A stretch of DNA of 64,000 nucleotides from Trichodelitschia bisporula (lineage: Eukaryota), in NCBI GenBank assembly GCA_010356995.1, contig ML996703.1, positions 682,001 to 746,000 of the forward strand, in the 5' to 3' direction. This document shows, one piece after another, positions 60,034 to 64,000 of the stretch (positions are counted from its first letter, which is position 1; each line of letters opens with the position of its first letter). The notes below the pieces were generated by a model that worked only from the letters and a program-made list of their open reading frames with translations, was not told where the DNA came from and ran no database searches. A program made the translations under genes and the position numbers.

Positions 60034-63003
60034 GGTGGCTGATTGAAGAAGAGATGTGGGTATTACAAGGCTGTACGGCGGGGTTGGGTGGAGAAGAAGA
60101 TGTAGCTGGTTGCAAAGGAGCGTACTAGGAAAAATAAGTCTTCCGATTAACCAAAATGTGACGAGTGAGAGTTACAGAATGAGAAGAGGAGAGAGGGTGA
60201 GCGAGAGGGCGCGTCGACGAGATTATCAACATTCAGGCGCAGGGCGGGCGCGCGGGAGGGATGCGGGGGCTTGGGAGACCAAGCGCAGGATTCGGGGGCG
60301 AAGGGCCGTTGTTCGAAATGAGGTCGGCTTTGCCTGGACCAGCAAACCAGGCCTTCGGCTGGCAGTGGCTTAGCGGCCATACCCGGAGCTGAATATGCTG
60401 AGCGTGGGATTATTGCGTCCTGGGCATTCCTGTACTGGCTGGGGTTGACGAGCTGAGAATAAGCAGCAGTTGGACAACGGACCAGTTGACTGCAGTTGAT
60501 TATACGAAGGGGACACGAGCCGTGGATAGAGTAAGGCACGATAAGGATTCAGCTCGAGTTTCCGGGTTGGCCATGGAGAGTACGGAGTACAGTACGTTAA
60601 ACGTGATCATCAAGAGGCCCACGCACTGTTGGATAGTTGGATAAGTTGGCCGATGGGAGCACTTGAGGACCCGACTCCCCTGAGGGCTAAGGAGTGACCC
60701 CCCACAAGGCGAGAATGACAGTTGCGCAAAGTGCGAGATGGCCTCCTCAGGGGGTTACCCGTCCCCGCAGCTAGGGGGGGCTTGCATGGCTTGGCCATTT
60801 GGGGTTTAGGTGGTGCCTTCCAGCGCGTGTTGCGCGACTACCGGGGTTGGTGAGAAGCGCAATACGAGCTGCTGAACTTCATCGTCGTTCGGTCAGTCCT
60901 CCGGCGCGCGGTAAGCAACGAACTAGCCGCCAGGTCTCTACCGGTACGTCGATCGGTCTCCGCACTCCATATCTCGGGTTGAATCATGGCCGGACTCCGC
61001 AGGTAGCGTAGCCTCCCCCGGATCTACAAGTGAACGTTGCACGTGTATGACCACGCTCAAGACATGACATCGACACTACCTCCGCTTCCACTTGTCTTCA
61101 TGTCAAACTGTGGTTGCTGTCTGTGAGCCTCCGGTGATTGAAACTCGGGCGCTTTTTACGGCGCTGTACCTTTTGAGCCGAAGGCGCAAGCCTCTTTCGC
61201 GGTGGTTGCCAACTCTACGCACTATTGGCCAAGGAAGCATCGAAGGCGCTTCGGTGCAAGGGCTCGTGATGGGGGGATGGCGACGCATCTTCCAACGGTG
61301 GGACGTTGGTCGTGGGGTCATCTGCATCTTGTGGGAACATACGGTATGTAATTGCGAGTGGTAAGAGGTGAGAGTTGGTTGAAAGTGTTTGGTGGTCGGA
61401 ATACAGTTCAAGCATTACCCCACACCGGTGGCAATGCGCTGACGGCTCGCATTGGTGTGGTTCGACGTCGTAGCCGTCTGGTGCGGCCTTCCTCTTCTGC
61501 TCTCCTCGTCAGGCATCGTCAGTGACAAGGGGAAGGAAAGGAGCATGCACATCGCCGCGCGCTATGAGGCTTAGCGTCTCACCGTCGACCACCCCCTGCT
61601 TGAGGCGGTAGCACTCGAGAAAGCTTAGCGTTTCCCCAGCTTCTGGAGAATCTGTTCACCCATCGCAACACCAAACATAGCTCACCATCCATAATCTATC
61701 CGCCGCTGAACCGGTATCGCTTCTGCTTCACAGCTTTGCCTCGTACTCGTCATTTCCATCTCTCGTCGTCGTCGGGGTCGCCGGTGTGCTGCGCTCTTTT
61801 CAATAGGCGAGGACAGAGCATACGTGGGCTCAGCCAGCCCAAGCCTACACTATCGCGAACTAGCCGCCGCTATCCCTTGATCCAAGCTGCCCATGGCATC
61901 TAGAGCTGCACATCAAGATCCACTTCCGCGCGCTTACACAAGATGAGCCTCGGCTAGCGCTGCGTCGTGGGAAAACCGTGCGGCCGGTCTAGATGTCGTG
62001 GGATCTACGGTAGCATGGGATGCTCGGCTTTGACCACGCCTGTGGATACCCGATGTCCCAAAGCTCACACTATTGCTTTGCGCCGAACTATCCCACCCTT
62101 TTAGGTTCCGATGTCCCTCATATCAGCCGGGGTATCAAAGCTCATCACCATGTTGAAGTCTGTGCTCCGGTCGCCATGCCAGACTTGAACGTCATCTGTG
62201 TCACCCATATGATGAACCGGAGACAGAGACGGCAATACTGGCCAACTGATGAATTGACTTCTCTTAGTGGCTGTTCAGAGCTTACCTCCAATCAAACTCT
62301 TTAAGTTCCGCCATTCACTATGCGTTCATCATCACCAGTACCACGTGACCTGGATATCTCGACGTTCTCATGAGCAGCCTCAATGTCGAAGGAAAACCGA
62401 TCTCATGCTCATCTAAGTCTCTGTGGTCATTTCAGTCTTATTGCTTACCACCACTACTAGGAATTTCTTCTAAGTGGTCTCTCGGAGTGTTTTCTCCTAC
62501 GTCGGAGTTCCGAGGACGACTTCAATTTCGGCCTATCATCCCACCAATGCGGCGATCATGGTCCAAACGACGTCCTCTGATTAGTGCCAAACTTATCAAT
62601 GAGTTAAGGAATCCATCCGCTCAGGATTTCTAATCAGACATGAACATCTTTGGAACAAAGTGGATAGAAATGAGATGACTTGATTGTTGACTTGGGGGAA
62701 ACCCTCACTATCTACACAACCAGTATGCTTGCATCTCTCAGGCGTAACTGCAGTGACAGTAATGGTGATTTCCCTTGAGTAACCAGACAGGCACGGCGGT
62801 CTCGGTGGGAAGTGACCAATCGAGGACCTATTGCACCTGGCAACATCAGTCGGTCTGTTGTTTACAGAGGTAGCATCCTACGAGTTCTCTGCCCAAGGTC
62901 AAGCGATATAAAGGCCGTTACAGCCAGGTGCCGTTGTCTCCCCGCTCAGATTCTGTTTCAATCGTTCCACAATTATCTGACATCATCTCAATTCACTTAT
63001 GCA

Positions 63004-64000
63004 ATGACCGCCAAGTCTGCCAGCGATATGTCAACTCTAACAGCTCAGAAGTCCTATCCACTGGGTCTCGGAGACCTGACTCTAGGGACCAGGATCGTAT
63101 CGGCAACAGAATCCTCTTCCCGGGCACTCGCTTCTGATGATATTCACCGTCCGGTCCCGGGTGTATACACAGCCCAAGAGCTCGTCCAGCGAACCTCCCC
63201 TCTCCTCGACTCCGTCATCGCCCAACTCGGTCTAGATCCTTCAGGCGGCCCCTCCGCCCAGGACATTCTTCTCGACAGCCTTGCCGAAAGCCTTTCATCC
63301 ACAGGTAAACTCTCCACCTTACCCATCATGAAAACCGACCTCAAAACCGACGAGATAATCCGGAACTCCGATATTATCGGCCTTACCCTCGTCACCTACG
63401 CCCGCTCGTCCAGCAACCCCTCCACCGGCAACCCAGCACTCCACATCCGCTGCCGCGAACGCCACCCCTGGGCGCGCACAGTCAGAGTCCTTCTCTTAGG
63501 CTCGCGCGGCCACCCTGACCTCCTTCAGGTCTACGACGAATGGCCGCACCGGCTGATCCGCCTACGCGATGCACTCCTACCCTTCGAGAACTTCGCGGAA
63601 GTGCCCCTTGTCATAACTAGCCGGCACGGTCTTCGAAGCGTGGAAAAACACTGCGGCATTAGCTTTCCGCGTGCCCTTTCCGGCAACTTCTCCAAAGGAG
63701 ACGGGTTCCCCCTTGGAGGGGTCATCATGCTCGCGAAGGCCCTGATGGGCCCGATCTCCAAGGCGGCGGGTACGGATTCCAGTACGCCCACGGCACCGTG
63801 CTGCCGGCTTTTCTATCGGGCTCTGCGAGCCGCAATCTTTTGCGCTACCACCCTGCCTTCATTGATACCAGCCAGACGGCTCGGCTCCCCGTTGGCGCCA
63901 AGCAGTGGTACGAAACCCCACGCGTGGAGATCGCGCATTCGGGAGCGCCGTCAGGTTTGGCGGAGGAGCACTGGCCCGCTGCTGTGCCGGTGGTCCGCTC
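63004..64000 (+). pseudogene. Uncharacterised fungal protein family member with apparent frameshift(s); truncated by window end
   Basis: TATAAA at 62907, then an open frame from ATG 63004 (...GSRGHPDLLQVYDEWPHRLIRLRDALLPFENFAEVPLV...LAKALMG). The protein-like continuation PDLQGGGYGFQYAHGTVLPAFLSGSASRNLLRYHPA is in the -1 frame from ~63750. Family recognition is from memory only. Confidence 0.6.

Noticed and set aside
61100..61415. Minus-strand frame MFPQDADDP...SLANSA* SWQPPRKR... with one internal TAG
   Set aside because: Short, low-complexity and without recognisable homology; indistinguishable from chance.
1..64000. tRNA, 5S/rRNA, snRNA, telomerase template, Starship tyrosine recombinase, CRISPR array
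   Set aside because: No diagnostic motifs seen by eye. The CTAACCCT matches are intron branch points. A covariance-model scan is needed to exclude ncRNAs fully.

Overview
Gene-dense fungal genomic DNA from a filamentous ascomycete (Pezizomycotina, probably a Dothideomycete; inferred from ~50-nt GT-AG introns with CTRAY branch points and from protein style). It holds about 22 spliced genes. Housekeeping genes include ABP1, a PEBP, a peroxisomal thioesterase, YEA4, PMT4, RPT1, SmG, DNM1, CDC55, RPL3, SDH1, AMD1, an aquaglyceroporin, an MscS channel, PTA1, RPC25, an RSA1/NUFIP1-like gene, a SET-MYND methyltransferase and a GPI wall protein. Manual reading found features the ORF track misses: COA3 with an intron-split start codon; a candidate 79-aa spliced microprotein; a 662-bp near-palindromic foldback (MULE-like) element with a 9-bp target duplication inside a ~10-kb gene-poor block (32-41.8 kb); and a frameshifted gene running off the right end. 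I recognised no tRNA, rRNA, CRISPR array or autonomous transposase. I cannot confirm a wholly new biological system. The best leads are the foldback element with its neighbouring microprotein gene, the terminal frameshifted gene, the dual-start PEBP, and possible autoregulatory introns in SmG and PTA1. All exon boundaries were derived by eye.
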